Assembly: GCA_030614915.1 (NCBI GenBank)
Contig: JAUXAG010000011.1
Span: 26,516-90,515 of the forward strand
DNA: 64,000 nt
Source of the DNA: Actinomycetes bacterium
GTDB lineage: Bacteria; Planctomycetota; Phycisphaerae; JAACET01
Direction of reading: 5' to 3'
A model generated the notes under the pieces. It had not been told where the DNA came from and made no database searches. It worked only from the letters and a program-made list of their open reading frames with translations. Made by a program: the position numbers and the translations under genes. Positions 1 to 8,625 of the stretch are shown piece after piece; the stretch's first letter is position 1, and every line of letters begins with the position of its first letter.

Positions 1-142
1 AAGGGTCCTTTGGAAACCTTAACGTACCCGCTGAGGTTATTGACTTTCTGGACAGCTCGGGTTAGACTATGGCCTGGAGTTAGCCCCGGGCCAGCCGCTA
101 GTGGCTGCTCGGCCTGAAGTTTCATTACTGCAAGGTGCTTCC

Positions 143-1333
143 ATGAAGAACGAGTTGACCTACGCCCTGATAACCCCCTATTCGATTGTCAAGAGCCGGA
201 CCGGCGGTATCATTGGACGGCTGCTACGCTTGAGCAATCTCGAGCTCGTCGGAGCCCGCATGTATGTCTTCTCCGACGACTTCGTCGATACCTATGCTCG
301 CGACTTGCGGGGAACTACCGCTGATCCTGCCCTGGGCCAGGGATGGTTCGATTACATCAAGGAGAACTTCAGTCGCGGCAACCGCTTCGGCATCTTGCCC
401 CGCTGTATGCTCTTGTTGTTCCGTGGAGACGATGCTCGTCGGCATCTCAAGGACGAGGTCATCGGTTCTTTCACCCGCACACCGGTGGGCGATACTCTGC
501 GGGGAACCTATGGCGATTTGGTCTTTGATGTCTGGGGCAATGTGGACTATTTCGAGCCGGCGGCGATTAGCGCTCCCAACGACGAAGCCAATAACAGGCA
601 CTTGGCCCTGTTCGCCAAGTACGCCATGAGCGACGGCGGCCTCCTGGAAGACCAACTCACCTTTCCCGATGGCCAAAACATCGAGACTTCCCTGGTCCTG
701 CTCAAGCCGGACAACTTCGAGCGCCCCAGCGGCCAGGCCGGAAATATCATCGATGTCTTCAGCCGCACCGGCTTATTCATGGCCGGGGCAGAGGTCGTCA
801 GTATGACCGCCGGACAGGGCATCGAGTTCTACGGGCACCTCCGTGAGCTTTTCGTAGATAGACTCAAAGGATCAGTCAAGAGCCGACTCGATGAGGCCCT
901 TTCCAACACTTTTAATTTTCAAATCAGTGATGAAATCTATGAGCAGATGGCCGATGAGCTCAGGCAGCTAAATGCCCAGCACGAGTTTGAGCGCATCGTC
1001 CATTACATGACCGGCGTGGACCTTAACGAAATTACCGATCCTCAGCAGCGGCAGAGAACCTCGCACACCAAGTGCCTGGCCATCCTCTATCGTGGACCGG
1101 ATGCCATAACCAAGATTCGCACTTGGCTCGGAGCCACTAATCCCAGCGAAGCCATGCCTGGCACTGCCCGTTCGGAATTCGCTCAGGACCTCATGCGCAA
1201 CGGCGCCCACGCCTCCGATTCGCCGCAAAGCGCCATGCGCGAAAGGCAGATACTCGCTCTGGACAAGGAACGCTCGGATACTTGCCGGGTTAAGCAGATG
1301 ATCGAGGAGTATCTCGCTTCAGTGGCCAAATAG
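143..1333 (+). CDS. Tandem nucleoside-diphosphate-kinase-like domain protein. N-terminal NDK-like domain appears degenerate; C-terminal NDK domain keeps the GxTNP...PGTxR...NxxHxSDS motif.
   Basis: Protein has ELTYALITPYS...GRLL (NDK N-terminal motif) and later ETSLVLLKPDNFERP...GATNPSEAMPGTARSEFA...NGAHASDSPQSAMRE matching the NDK catalytic region. The AAGGTG SD lies 6 nt upstream of ATG 143; the ORF-track start at 101 is an upstream Met. Confidence 0.6.
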   Translation: MKNELTYALITPYSIVKSRTGGIIGRLLRLSNLELVGARMYVFSDDFVDTYARDLRGTTADPALGQGWFDYIKENFSRGNRFGILPRCMLLLFRGDDARRHLKDEVIGSFTRTPVGDTLRGTYGDLVFDVWGNVDYFEPAAISAPNDEANNRHLALFAKYAMSDGGLLEDQLTFPDGQNIETSLVLLKPDNFERPSGQAGNIIDVFSRTGLFMAGAEVVSMTAGQGIEFYGHLRELFVDRLKGSVKSRLDEALSNTFNFQISDEIYEQMADELRQLNAQHEFERIVHYMTGVDLNEITDPQQRQRTSHTKCLAILYRGPDAITKIRTWLGATNPSEAMPGTARSEFAQDLMRNGAHASDSPQSAMRERQILALDKERSDTCRVKQMIEEYLASVAK

Positions 1334-1351
1334 TTAGTGTTGCAGAAACAA

Positions 1352-1410
1352 TATTTTGTCATTCCCGCGAAGGCGGGCTCTTACCACTGCTTTAGCGGTA
1401 ATCCAGTTTT
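1352..1410. repeat. REP-like hairpin repeat, family A (GTCATYCCCGCG-AGGCGGG...GCGGTAATCC); possible terminator after the preceding gene.
   Basis: tgtcattcccgcgaaggcgggctcttaccactgctttagcggtaatccagttttt is seen directly. Near-identical copies lie at 18660, 37010, 37368 and 47478. Confidence 0.55.
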
Positions 1411-1512
1411 TAGACCGTGGGCCCCTGCTTTTGCAGGGCTGACAGAACGATGCCGGCTTTCCGCGACAGGTACTAAATAGCACTTGCCATCGGATGATTC
1501 CGGACTGGGCGT

Positions 1513-2157
1513 TTGAAAACCATGCTGATAAAAAAGTTCACCCTTGGGCAGATGGAAACTAATAGCTATGTCCTTGGCTCAGCCGGCCAGCGTAGTTGCT
1601 TGGTTATCGACGTGCCAGCCAAGCCTGCCTCCTTGCTGGACTTTCTAAGTCGCCAGAAGCTGCGCCTTGACGTTGTGGTCCTGACTCACGGCCATTACGA
1701 TCATATTGGCGGTCTCAAGGAGTTGCTCAAGGCCCAGCCACAAGCCAAACTCATTGTCGGACGCGATGCTCAGAAGGTGCTCCGCAACCCTTTGCGGAAT
1801 TACTCAGCTTTTTTTGCCCTGCCCATTTCGGGGCCCAAGGCGGATCGCTTGGTGGCTGAGCCGGAACGCATTGAGATTGACGGTCTGAGTCTGCAGGTCA
1901 TGGACCTGCCCGGTCATTCAGCCGGCTCGATCGGGCTCTATCACGCCCGGGACAAGAGCGTTTATTGCGGCGATACACTCTTCGCCGGCAGTATCGGACG
2001 AACCGATTTTCCCGGAGCTTCGCACGAACTGCTCTTGCAGTCTATCCGTAATAAATTAATGGCTCTTCCGGATGATACTAAAGTCTGGCCTGGTCACGGC
2101 GAGCAGACTACCATTGGCCTTGAGCGCCGAACCAACCCCTTTTATGGCGAGTCTTGA
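1513..2157 (+). CDS. MBL-fold metallo-hydrolase (glyoxalase II-like)
   Basis: HGHYDHIGG metal-binding motif and a PGH motif; about 214 aa, typical size. Confidence 0.8.
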   Translation: MKTMLIKKFTLGQMETNSYVLGSAGQRSCLVIDVPAKPASLLDFLSRQKLRLDVVVLTHGHYDHIGGLKELLKAQPQAKLIVGRDAQKVLRNPLRNYSAFFALPISGPKADRLVAEPERIEIDGLSLQVMDLPGHSAGSIGLYHARDKSVYCGDTLFAGSIGRTDFPGASHELLLQSIRNKLMALPDDTKVWPGHGEQTTIGLERRTNPFYGES

Positions 2158-2160
2158 GTC

Positions 2161-3810
2161 ATGGCCCAAGTTTACGTTCTTCAGGGACCGGATAAGGGCA
2201 AGACCTTCCAACTGCCCCAAGGTTATGGCCTGATCGGGCGAGACTCGCCCACCATTGCCCTGACCGACACCTCTGTGTCCCGCCGCCATGCCGAGCTTCT
2301 CGAGCAGGACGGCCGATGGCTCCTGAAAGACCTCGACAGCGTCAACGGCACCTATCTGAACGGGGTCAAAATAGACCACCCCACCGAGATTCGCATCGGC
2401 GATCAGATTCGCTGCGGCTCCACGATCTTTGTCTTCGGCAGCTCCACTGAATCGCTCTTTCGGGCCGAGCCCCAGGAGGTCCAGCTCGAACCTCACCAGC
2501 ACAAGATTGACTCGACCATCATGGAGGCTGTGCCCGGTGAGTCGGACTTGGCCGGGACCGCCCCCGCTGCTCCTGAGCAGGCTGCCAATGACCTGCGGGT
2601 TATGTACAAATTGGTCTCGGCCATCAGCTCCATCTTCGACCTCGACCAATTGCTCGAAAGGGCCATGGACCTTATCTTCGAGGTCATCTCTGCCGAGCGG
2701 GCCTTTATCCTTCTGCTCGGCGAAGACGGCACAAGTTTGATCCCCAAGGCCGTACGTACTCGTCAGGGCGAAGACCGCGAACAAATCACCGTCAGTCGCA
2801 CCATAGTCAACCACGTAATCCGCAACCGCCAAGGCGTTATTTCTTCCGATGCCCGGCGGGACGAACGCTTCAGCGGCGGCAAAAGTGTCCATGCTTTGGG
2901 CATCCGCTCGGCTATGTGCGTGCCCATCAGCGCCCGCGACAAGATACTCGGCGTGATTCACCTGGACAGCTCCGTGGCCGACGTTACCTATACCGCAGAG
3001 CACTTGAACCTTCTGCGGGCCATGGGCCATCAGGTCGGCCTGGCCATTGAGAACGCCATGCTCTACCGCTCCGGCGTCCGGGCTGAACGACTGGCCGCCA
3101 CCGGCGAGACCGTCGCCTATCTTTCCCACCACATCAAGAACATCCTGCAGGGCCTTCGCGGAGGCGGAGACGTAGTGGAAATGGCTCTCAAATCCGCCAA
3201 CACCGATACCGCCCAGAAAGGCTGGGGTATCGTCAGTCGAAACCTCGACCGCATCTACAACCTGACCATGAACATGTTGGCCTTCTCCAAGCAGCGCCAG
3301 CCTCAGCTCGAGGAAATCGACCTCGACGCTTTGATCCGAGATGTCCTCGATTTGGTCATGCCCCAGGCCCAACAGGCCAAGGTCGAGCTGGTCCACGAGC
3401 CGGGCGAGAATCTTCCCCTGCTCCTGATCGACAGTGACGGTTTCCACCAGGCTTTGCTGAACATTCTCTCCAATGCCTTGGACGCCGTCGAGCCCGGAAC
3501 CGGACGCATTGAGCTCAGCAGCGCCTTCGTCCCGGCCACTAATGCCGTGCTGGTCAGGGTCACGGACAACGGCTGCGGGATTGACCCGGAGGAGTTGCCT
3601 CGGATTTTTGAGGCCTTTCACTCCACCAAGGGACACCGCGGAACGGGTTTGGGCCTAGCCGTAGCCCGGAAGATTATCGAGGAGCACAACGGCCACATCG
3701 AAGTCGAAAGCACTCTCGGCCACGGCACCACCTTTACCATCACTCTGCCGGTTTCTTTGCAGCTTGGCTTAGCCTCCCCGGACGATTGGACGCCTGGGCC
3801 TTCACCATGA
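2161..3810 (+). CDS. FHA-domain / GAF-domain sensor histidine kinase
   Basis: N-terminal FHA signature (GR....I.L.D..VSRRHAEL......L.DL.S.NGTY.NG). Central GAF-like region. C-terminal HATPase_c motifs (DNGCGIDPEE, GTGLGLAV). Only a 4-nt gap after the MBL hydrolase gene. Confidence 0.8.
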   Translation: MAQVYVLQGPDKGKTFQLPQGYGLIGRDSPTIALTDTSVSRRHAELLEQDGRWLLKDLDSVNGTYLNGVKIDHPTEIRIGDQIRCGSTIFVFGSSTESLFRAEPQEVQLEPHQHKIDSTIMEAVPGESDLAGTAPAAPEQAANDLRVMYKLVSAISSIFDLDQLLERAMDLIFEVISAERAFILLLGEDGTSLIPKAVRTRQGEDREQITVSRTIVNHVIRNRQGVISSDARRDERFSGGKSVHALGIRSAMCVPISARDKILGVIHLDSSVADVTYTAEHLNLLRAMGHQVGLAIENAMLYRSGVRAERLAATGETVAYLSHHIKNILQGLRGGGDVVEMALKSANTDTAQKGWGIVSRNLDRIYNLTMNMLAFSKQRQPQLEEIDLDALIRDVLDLVMPQAQQAKVELVHEPGENLPLLLIDSDGFHQALLNILSNALDAVEPGTGRIELSSAFVPATNAVLVRVTDNGCGIDPEELPRIFEAFHSTKGHRGTGLGLAVARKIIEEHNGHIEVESTLGHGTTFTITLPVSLQLGLASPDDWTPGPSP

Positions 3811-3988
3811 GCCAATCACCAGCCGCCCTCTTCTAAGCCGCTCTTTTGTCGTTTGCCTGCCTCAGCGGGTATTATTTTTATTCTCCGGCCCGCCTGATCG
3901 CGCAACTCTTTTGTATAAAAGGAGATACAAAAGACTTTCTCCGGCGGATTTCGCAATTACTATGGACCCTTTCGCCTTCGAGGCATTT

Positions 3989-3998
3989 ATGGTATAAT
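3989..3998 (+). promoter_or_regulatory. Extended -10-like element (TGgTATAAT) upstream of the zinc-ribbon-FHA gene
   Basis: tggtataat is seen at 3990-3998, about 175 nt upstream of start 4173. No convincing -35. Confidence 0.2.
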
Positions 3999-4172
3999 GG
4001 GTTTGCCAAATTCTGACAGGGGCCAGGTACCGCTAAGCACTGGATCGGGGAAAATCAATTCTCTTTGTAGGTACTCGGCCGACACCTAAGACCTGCGTGA
4101 CTACCAACTGTGAAGGGACTCACCGAGATGGCTTCAGTCTTCAACTGCTTGGGCTGATTTGCGAGTAACACC

Positions 4173-5216
4173 GTGCCTATTCCAGTAACTTGCCAATGTG
4201 GTCGCCGCTTTCGAGCCAAGGACTCTGATGCCGGCAAGCGGGCCAAGTGTCCGGACTGCGGGGCTTATTTTCGCATTCCCCAGCAGGCCCCGGAGTTGAT
4301 TGCTTCCAATTCGGTTTATAGCAGCATAAAGCCCAAGTACTGTCTGACGGTTGTAAAGGGTCCCCAGAAGCTCCAGGATCACTTCCGTTTGCGACGCAGC
4401 CGGGTCACCACTGTTGGCAAGGCCTCCGACAATGCTGTGGTCCTGCCTTCGCCGACGGTTTCCCGTCACCATTGCCAGATAAGCTGGTCCCCCAAGGGTT
4501 GGTTGCTGGAGGACTTGAAGAGCACAAATGGCACCTACGTCAACGGCTCCAGAATAGACTCCAGCGCAATCCTCCATGGCAATGAGCGGATAAAGCTTGG
4601 CGATTTCGAGTTGATCTTTGAGGTCCCCAGTGTTCAACCGCCCGGACTCCAGGAGCAGCTGGAGGCTCTGCAGTCTGGTGACCCCCAAGCCAGCCGGGCA
4701 GCCGTGGAATCCCTAGCTGCTTCTGGCCGTCAAGCTGCCAATCACTTGGTTTCCAAGCTCAGCGGATTGGATACCGTATCCGGGCATCTGGCCCTGGAAG
4801 TTTTCGAGAAGCTCGGTTCTGATGCCGTCCCGGCGCTTGTCCGAGCCTTGAAGGATAAAGACAAGCTCACCCGCAGCTCTGCCGCCCGGGCCCTCGGCAA
4901 GCTGGGTTCCAAAGCTGCTTCAGCCGTGCCCAACCTTTTGCGGACCCTTGATGACCAGGACCCCACTGTTTATGCAGAGGTGGCCTGGGCCCTGGGCCAA
5001 ATCGGCTCAGCTGCCGTGCCCGGCCTGCTCGAGGCCCTGCGCTCTACCCAGCGCACGCGCCGGATAAGTGCCGCCTGGACTCTGGGACGCATCGGCCCCG
5101 AGGCCACAGAGGCCGTCCCCACCCTCAGCGAATTAGCCCGCCACCATGATCAGGAAATCAGCCGGGTTGCCACGGCTGCCCTCAAAAAAATCAATCCCTC
5201 CCAGATTAACGCCTAG
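4173..5216 (+). CDS. MJ0042-type CxxC zinc-ribbon + FHA domain + HEAT/PBS-lyase repeat protein
   Basis: CQCGRRFRAKDSDAGKRAKCPDCGAYF double CxxC. FHA motif (SRHHCQI....GWLLEDLKSTNGTYVNG). C-terminal repeated (D.VR..AA.ALG.IG) HEAT-like units. Confidence 0.7.
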   Translation: MPIPVTCQCGRRFRAKDSDAGKRAKCPDCGAYFRIPQQAPELIASNSVYSSIKPKYCLTVVKGPQKLQDHFRLRRSRVTTVGKASDNAVVLPSPTVSRHHCQISWSPKGWLLEDLKSTNGTYVNGSRIDSSAILHGNERIKLGDFELIFEVPSVQPPGLQEQLEALQSGDPQASRAAVESLAASGRQAANHLVSKLSGLDTVSGHLALEVFEKLGSDAVPALVRALKDKDKLTRSSAARALGKLGSKAASAVPNLLRTLDDQDPTVYAEVAWALGQIGSAAVPGLLEALRSTQRTRRISAAWTLGRIGPEATEAVPTLSELARHHDQEISRVATAALKKINPSQINA

Positions 5217-5227
5217 CTAGCATAACG

Positions 5228-5300
5228 CCTTCGAACCCCACGCCTTTTTTCATCTGTGGCTAATTTCTGTATTTCTTTCTGTATTATCTGCCTCAGGCCT
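5228..5300. repeat. Mosaic intergenic repeat modules (F-type ATCTGYG/TTTCTGTAT and E-type CCTCAGGCCTC)
   Basis: ttcatctgtggctaatttctgtatttctttctgtatt...cctcaggcctccagcctc resembles 18720-18810 and 20340-20420. Confidence 0.45.
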
Positions 5301-5312
5301 CCAGCCTCTTAT

Positions 5313-5705
5313 TCAGGCCACCGCCTCCAGGACCTTCTCCTCAACGAAGATTGGTACGCCCGTGCCGATTCCCAGAGCGATCGCGTCGGAAGGCCGCGAG
5401 TCAATCTGCAGAACCTTTTTACCTTGCCTGACCTGAAGCAAGGCAAAAAACGTCCTATCTCGCAGGTCGTTTATGACCACCCGTTCTACTACCCCGCCCA
5501 GCTTTTCGATGACCGAGGCCAACAGCTCATGTGTCGGTGGTCGCGGAGTGGGGTGTTTCTTCAGTCGCCGGTCGATAGCCGCAGCCTCGGTGATACCGAT
5601 GACTATGGGGAAATGTCTATCTCCGTCGATTTCCTTCAAAATGATGATTTGCCGGTCGTCGGTTTCGCTGATCACAATCCGGACCAGTTGCATTTCTACT
5701 TGCAT
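5313..5705 (-). CDS. Bifunctional nuclease (BFN/DUF151) domain protein
   Basis: 130 aa; the pattern (VRI.I.E.D...I.LKEIDGDR.FPI.IG..EA.AI...L......PRP.THEL) is typical of the DUF151 family. Confidence 0.6.
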   Translation of the reverse strand: MQVEMQLVRIVISETDDRQIIILKEIDGDRHFPIVIGITEAAAIDRRLKKHPTPRPPTHELLASVIEKLGGVVERVVINDLRDRTFFALLQVRQGKKVLQIDSRPSDAIALGIGTGVPIFVEEKVLEAVA

Positions 5706-5769
5706 GATTCAGGCCTCCCGGTGAGCGTACAACCATCATAGCCTCACCCGCCCGCCAAATCAAGTCCGC

Positions 5770-8526
5770 CTAATCAAGCTGTTCGATCTGCTGGTCCACG
5801 GCCAAGAGTTGCTTTTGATATGCCTTGAGGTTTTCCCTCTCTCTGGCCACGACTTCCGGCTTGGCTCGTTCGAGAAAATTCTCGTTGGCCAGTTTTTTCT
5901 GAGCCGAATTTATACGCCCAGCCAGTTGCTCCCGCTGTTTGTTCAGCTTGGCAAGTTCCTTGTCCGCATCCACAATCCCCGGGATAAACCCCTGCAGCGA
6001 ACCGCTCAGCACTGACGCCGCACCAGCGGGCTTCTGGCCCTCGCTCTGTACCCGAAGTTCGCTTATATGGGCCAACCGAGAGATTATCTCTCGATTAGCT
6101 TGGAGTATTTCTTTCTCCTTCCCCTCAGCTATTACCAGCAGCTCAACTTTTTTTCCAGGCGTTACCCCGTGATGGCTGCGAGTATCGCGAACGGCCCGGA
6201 TCAGCTTCTGCAGCAGACCCATAGCCTCTCCCGCTGCCGGGTCTTTCCATTCCCTCCGGGCCTTCGGCCAAGCGCTTACCGCCAGCGGTTTGTCGCCGTT
6301 GCCGAACGCCCGTTCAGGAACCACCTCGTTCAAGCGCTCCCACAGGGACTCAGTGATAAAGGGAATCAACGGATGAAACAGCCGCAGCGTATGATCCAGA
6401 ACCACAGCCAAGACCTTCCGGGCCGTCTGCCCCGAAGCTGTATCCAGGGCCGTTCTGCTCTTGATCATTTCCAGGTACCAATCGCACAGCCTGCTCCAGA
6501 AGAATTCATACAGCTTGCCGGCCGCCTCGGCAAAACGGTAGCCTTCCAGGGCTTCATCCACCTGCTCGATAGTCTCTCCCAGGCAGTGCAGTATCCAGCG
6601 GTCCTCCAACGGCAGCTCGGCCTTTTGCCAGGGCTCGGCAGGCGTGTTTTCCAGATTGCCCAGGCAAAAGCGAGCCGCGTTCCACAGTTTGTTGCAGAGG
6701 TTTCGCCCGATGTCGAATTTCTCCGAGACATTGATCAGCGTCCCGTCCGGCTGTTTTTCCTTTTTGACCGGCATGCGGACGTCCTGGGTCTCGGTAGCCA
6801 TGTAGGCCAGGCTGAAGCGCATCGCATCCGCCCCGTACTTGCTGATGATCTCCGCCGGGTCCACCCCGTTGCCCTTGGACTTGCTCATGGTCTCGCCATG
6901 TCCGTCCAGGATTTTGGAGTGGATGTACACGTGGTGGAAAGGTACCCGGCCGATATTGTGCATTCCGGTCATCACCATCCGAGCCACCCACAATGTGATA
7001 ATATCCCGGCTGGTAACCAGCACATTCGTGGGATAGAAGCTCTCCAGGGCTTGGGTTTTTTCCGGCCAGCCTAGGGTGGAGTGCGGCCAAAGGGCCGAAC
7101 TGAACCAGGTATCCAGCACATCCTCGTCCTGGCTGATATCCGCCCCGCCGCATTTCGGACAGGAACTCGGCTCGTCCATCGAGCTAAAGAAGAATCGCCG
7201 CTCGGCGAGTTCGGCATCGCTCGAGCCCACTTCGCAAGAGGCGTACTGGGCTGCATCGTAGCACTTGCGGTTCGCGCAATACCAGACGGGGATGCGATGG
7301 CCCCACCACAGTTGACGGCTGATGCACCAATCTCGGCCTTCGCCGAGCCAGTCCAGGTACGTCTTCGCATAACGCTCCGGGAAAAACTTTATGTCGCCCT
7401 TGCGGACCAGCTCGCAGGCCTGTTCGGCAAGCTCATCCAGACGAACAAACCACTGGTCGGATAGGTACGGTTCGATGGGGGTCTTGGAACGGTCCGAATG
7501 GCCGATTTCCGTCTCGTAGGGCTCGACCTTTTCTATCAGCCCCAACTTTTCGAGGTCGGCGACCACCATTTTGCGAGCCTTGAAGCGGTCCATCCCGGCG
7601 TATTTGCCGCCGTTCTCATTGATCGAGCCGTCCGGATTGAGGATGTTGATTATTTCCAGCCCGTGCCGCAAGCCCACCTGGTAGTCGTTCGGGTCGTGGG
7701 CGGGTGTAACCTTTACGCATCCACTGCCGAACTCCCGGTCAACCAGGATCGCATCGGCAATAATTGTTAGTGCCCGCTCCATCAGCGGCAAAATACATTT
7801 TTTACCGATCAGCTTTTTATAGCGATCGTCATCGGGATGCACAGCCACGCCTGTATCGCCGAGCATAGTTTCCGGCCGAGTGGTGGCCACGATAAGATGC
7901 CCCGAACCGTCGGCCAAGGGATAACGGATGTGCCAGAGATGCCCGCAAACCGTCTCGTGGAAGAGCTCGTCGTCGGCCACGGCCGTCTGCAACTGTACGT
8001 CCCAGTTGACCAGCCGTTTGCCACGATAGATCAGCCCCTCCTCGAAGAACTTCACGAAGGTAACTCGCACCGCCCGGGCGCAAACCGCGTCCAGCGTGAA
8101 GCGCTCACGCTGCCAGTCGCAGCTGCAGCCCATCAACTGCAACTGCTCGCTGATGCGCGAGCCGAATTCTTCCTTCCAGGCCCAGATGCGCTTTACCAGC
8201 TCTTCACGGCCAACGTCATGGCGACTCTTGCCCTCCTTTTCCAGCAGGCCGCGCTCGACAACGCTTTGGGTGGCAATACCCGCATGGTCCATCCCCGGCA
8301 GCCAGAGAGTATTAAAACCTCCCATCCGCTTGCGGCGGATCAGAATATCCTGAAGCGTGCAGTTCAGGGCATGCCCCAGATGCAGGGCCCCGGTAATATT
8401 TGGAGGCGGAATCACGATGCAATAAGGCTCAGCTTCTGAGCTGTCCCTAGCCCTAAAGCAGCCCTTATCCAGCCACAACTGATAGATTCCTTTTTCGACT
8501 TTTCCCGGATTGTATACTTTATCCAT
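5770..8526 (-). CDS. valS: Valine--tRNA ligase
   Basis: Class I HIGH (PPNITGALHLGHA) and KMSKS (MSKSKGN) motifs; C-terminal coiled coil; about 918 aa. The true start is probably MDKVYNPGKVE at 8526. The upstream 7 codons of the ORF-track call lie within the CGCAAT repeat module. Confidence 0.95.
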   Translation of the reverse strand: MDKVYNPGKVEKGIYQLWLDKGCFRARDSSEAEPYCIVIPPPNITGALHLGHALNCTLQDILIRRKRMGGFNTLWLPGMDHAGIATQSVVERGLLEKEGKSRHDVGREELVKRIWAWKEEFGSRISEQLQLMGCSCDWQRERFTLDAVCARAVRVTFVKFFEEGLIYRGKRLVNWDVQLQTAVADDELFHETVCGHLWHIRYPLADGSGHLIVATTRPETMLGDTGVAVHPDDDRYKKLIGKKCILPLMERALTIIADAILVDREFGSGCVKVTPAHDPNDYQVGLRHGLEIINILNPDGSINENGGKYAGMDRFKARKMVVADLEKLGLIEKVEPYETEIGHSDRSKTPIEPYLSDQWFVRLDELAEQACELVRKGDIKFFPERYAKTYLDWLGEGRDWCISRQLWWGHRIPVWYCANRKCYDAAQYASCEVGSSDAELAERRFFFSSMDEPSSCPKCGGADISQDEDVLDTWFSSALWPHSTLGWPEKTQALESFYPTNVLVTSRDIITLWVARMVMTGMHNIGRVPFHHVYIHSKILDGHGETMSKSKGNGVDPAEIISKYGADAMRFSLAYMATETQDVRMPVKKEKQPDGTLINVSEKFDIGRNLCNKLWNAARFCLGNLENTPAEPWQKAELPLEDRWILHCLGETIEQVDEALEGYRFAEAAGKLYEFFWSRLCDWYLEMIKSRTALDTASGQTARKVLAVVLDHTLRLFHPLIPFITESLWERLNEVVPERAFGNGDKPLAVSAWPKARREWKDPAAGEAMGLLQKLIRAVRDTRSHHGVTPGKKVELLVIAEGKEKEILQANREIISRLAHISELRVQSEGQKPAGAASVLSGSLQGFIPGIVDADKELAKLNKQREQLAGRINSAQKKLANENFLERAKPEVVARERENLKAYQKQLLAVDQQIEQLD

Positions 8527-8625
8527 CTCGCAATTCGCAATCCGCAATACGAGCTTCCTTTGCGTCTTTTTTTATCTACTTTGTGCCTTTGTGCCTCTGT
8601 GCCTGTGTGCCTTTGTCTTTATCCT
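8520..8625. repeat. Mosaic repeat modules: (CGCAATYCGCAAT)n F-type and (TGTGCCTY)n D-type
   Basis: gcaattcgcaatccgcaat and ctttgtgcctttgtgcctctgtgcctgtgtgcctttgtc. The same modules occur at 10348-10385, 20305-20325 and 25575-25600. The repeat also supplies the annotated C-terminal tail (KGTQAQRHKGTK) of the next gene. Confidence 0.6.

Noticed and set aside
1334-1512. Search for tRNA or other RNA genes in this and other intergenic gaps
   Set aside because: No cloverleaf-compatible segments with T-loop GTTCRANYC and CCA-proximal acceptor pairing were found by eye in any gap longer than 70 nt. The gaps are occupied by the repeat modules. A tRNAscan/Infernal run would be needed to be certain.
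2056-3636. 526-aa ORF on the minus strand
   Set aside because: It lies antisense to the well-supported FHA-GAF histidine kinase gene and has no motifs. Typical high-GC antisense artefact. The same applies to 6067..7074 (antisense valS), 13990..15054 and 14559..15116 (antisense histidine kinase), 19236..20186 (antisense PD40 repeats), 23793..24485, 27330..28178, 29415..30254, 39356..40054 and 46014..46988.
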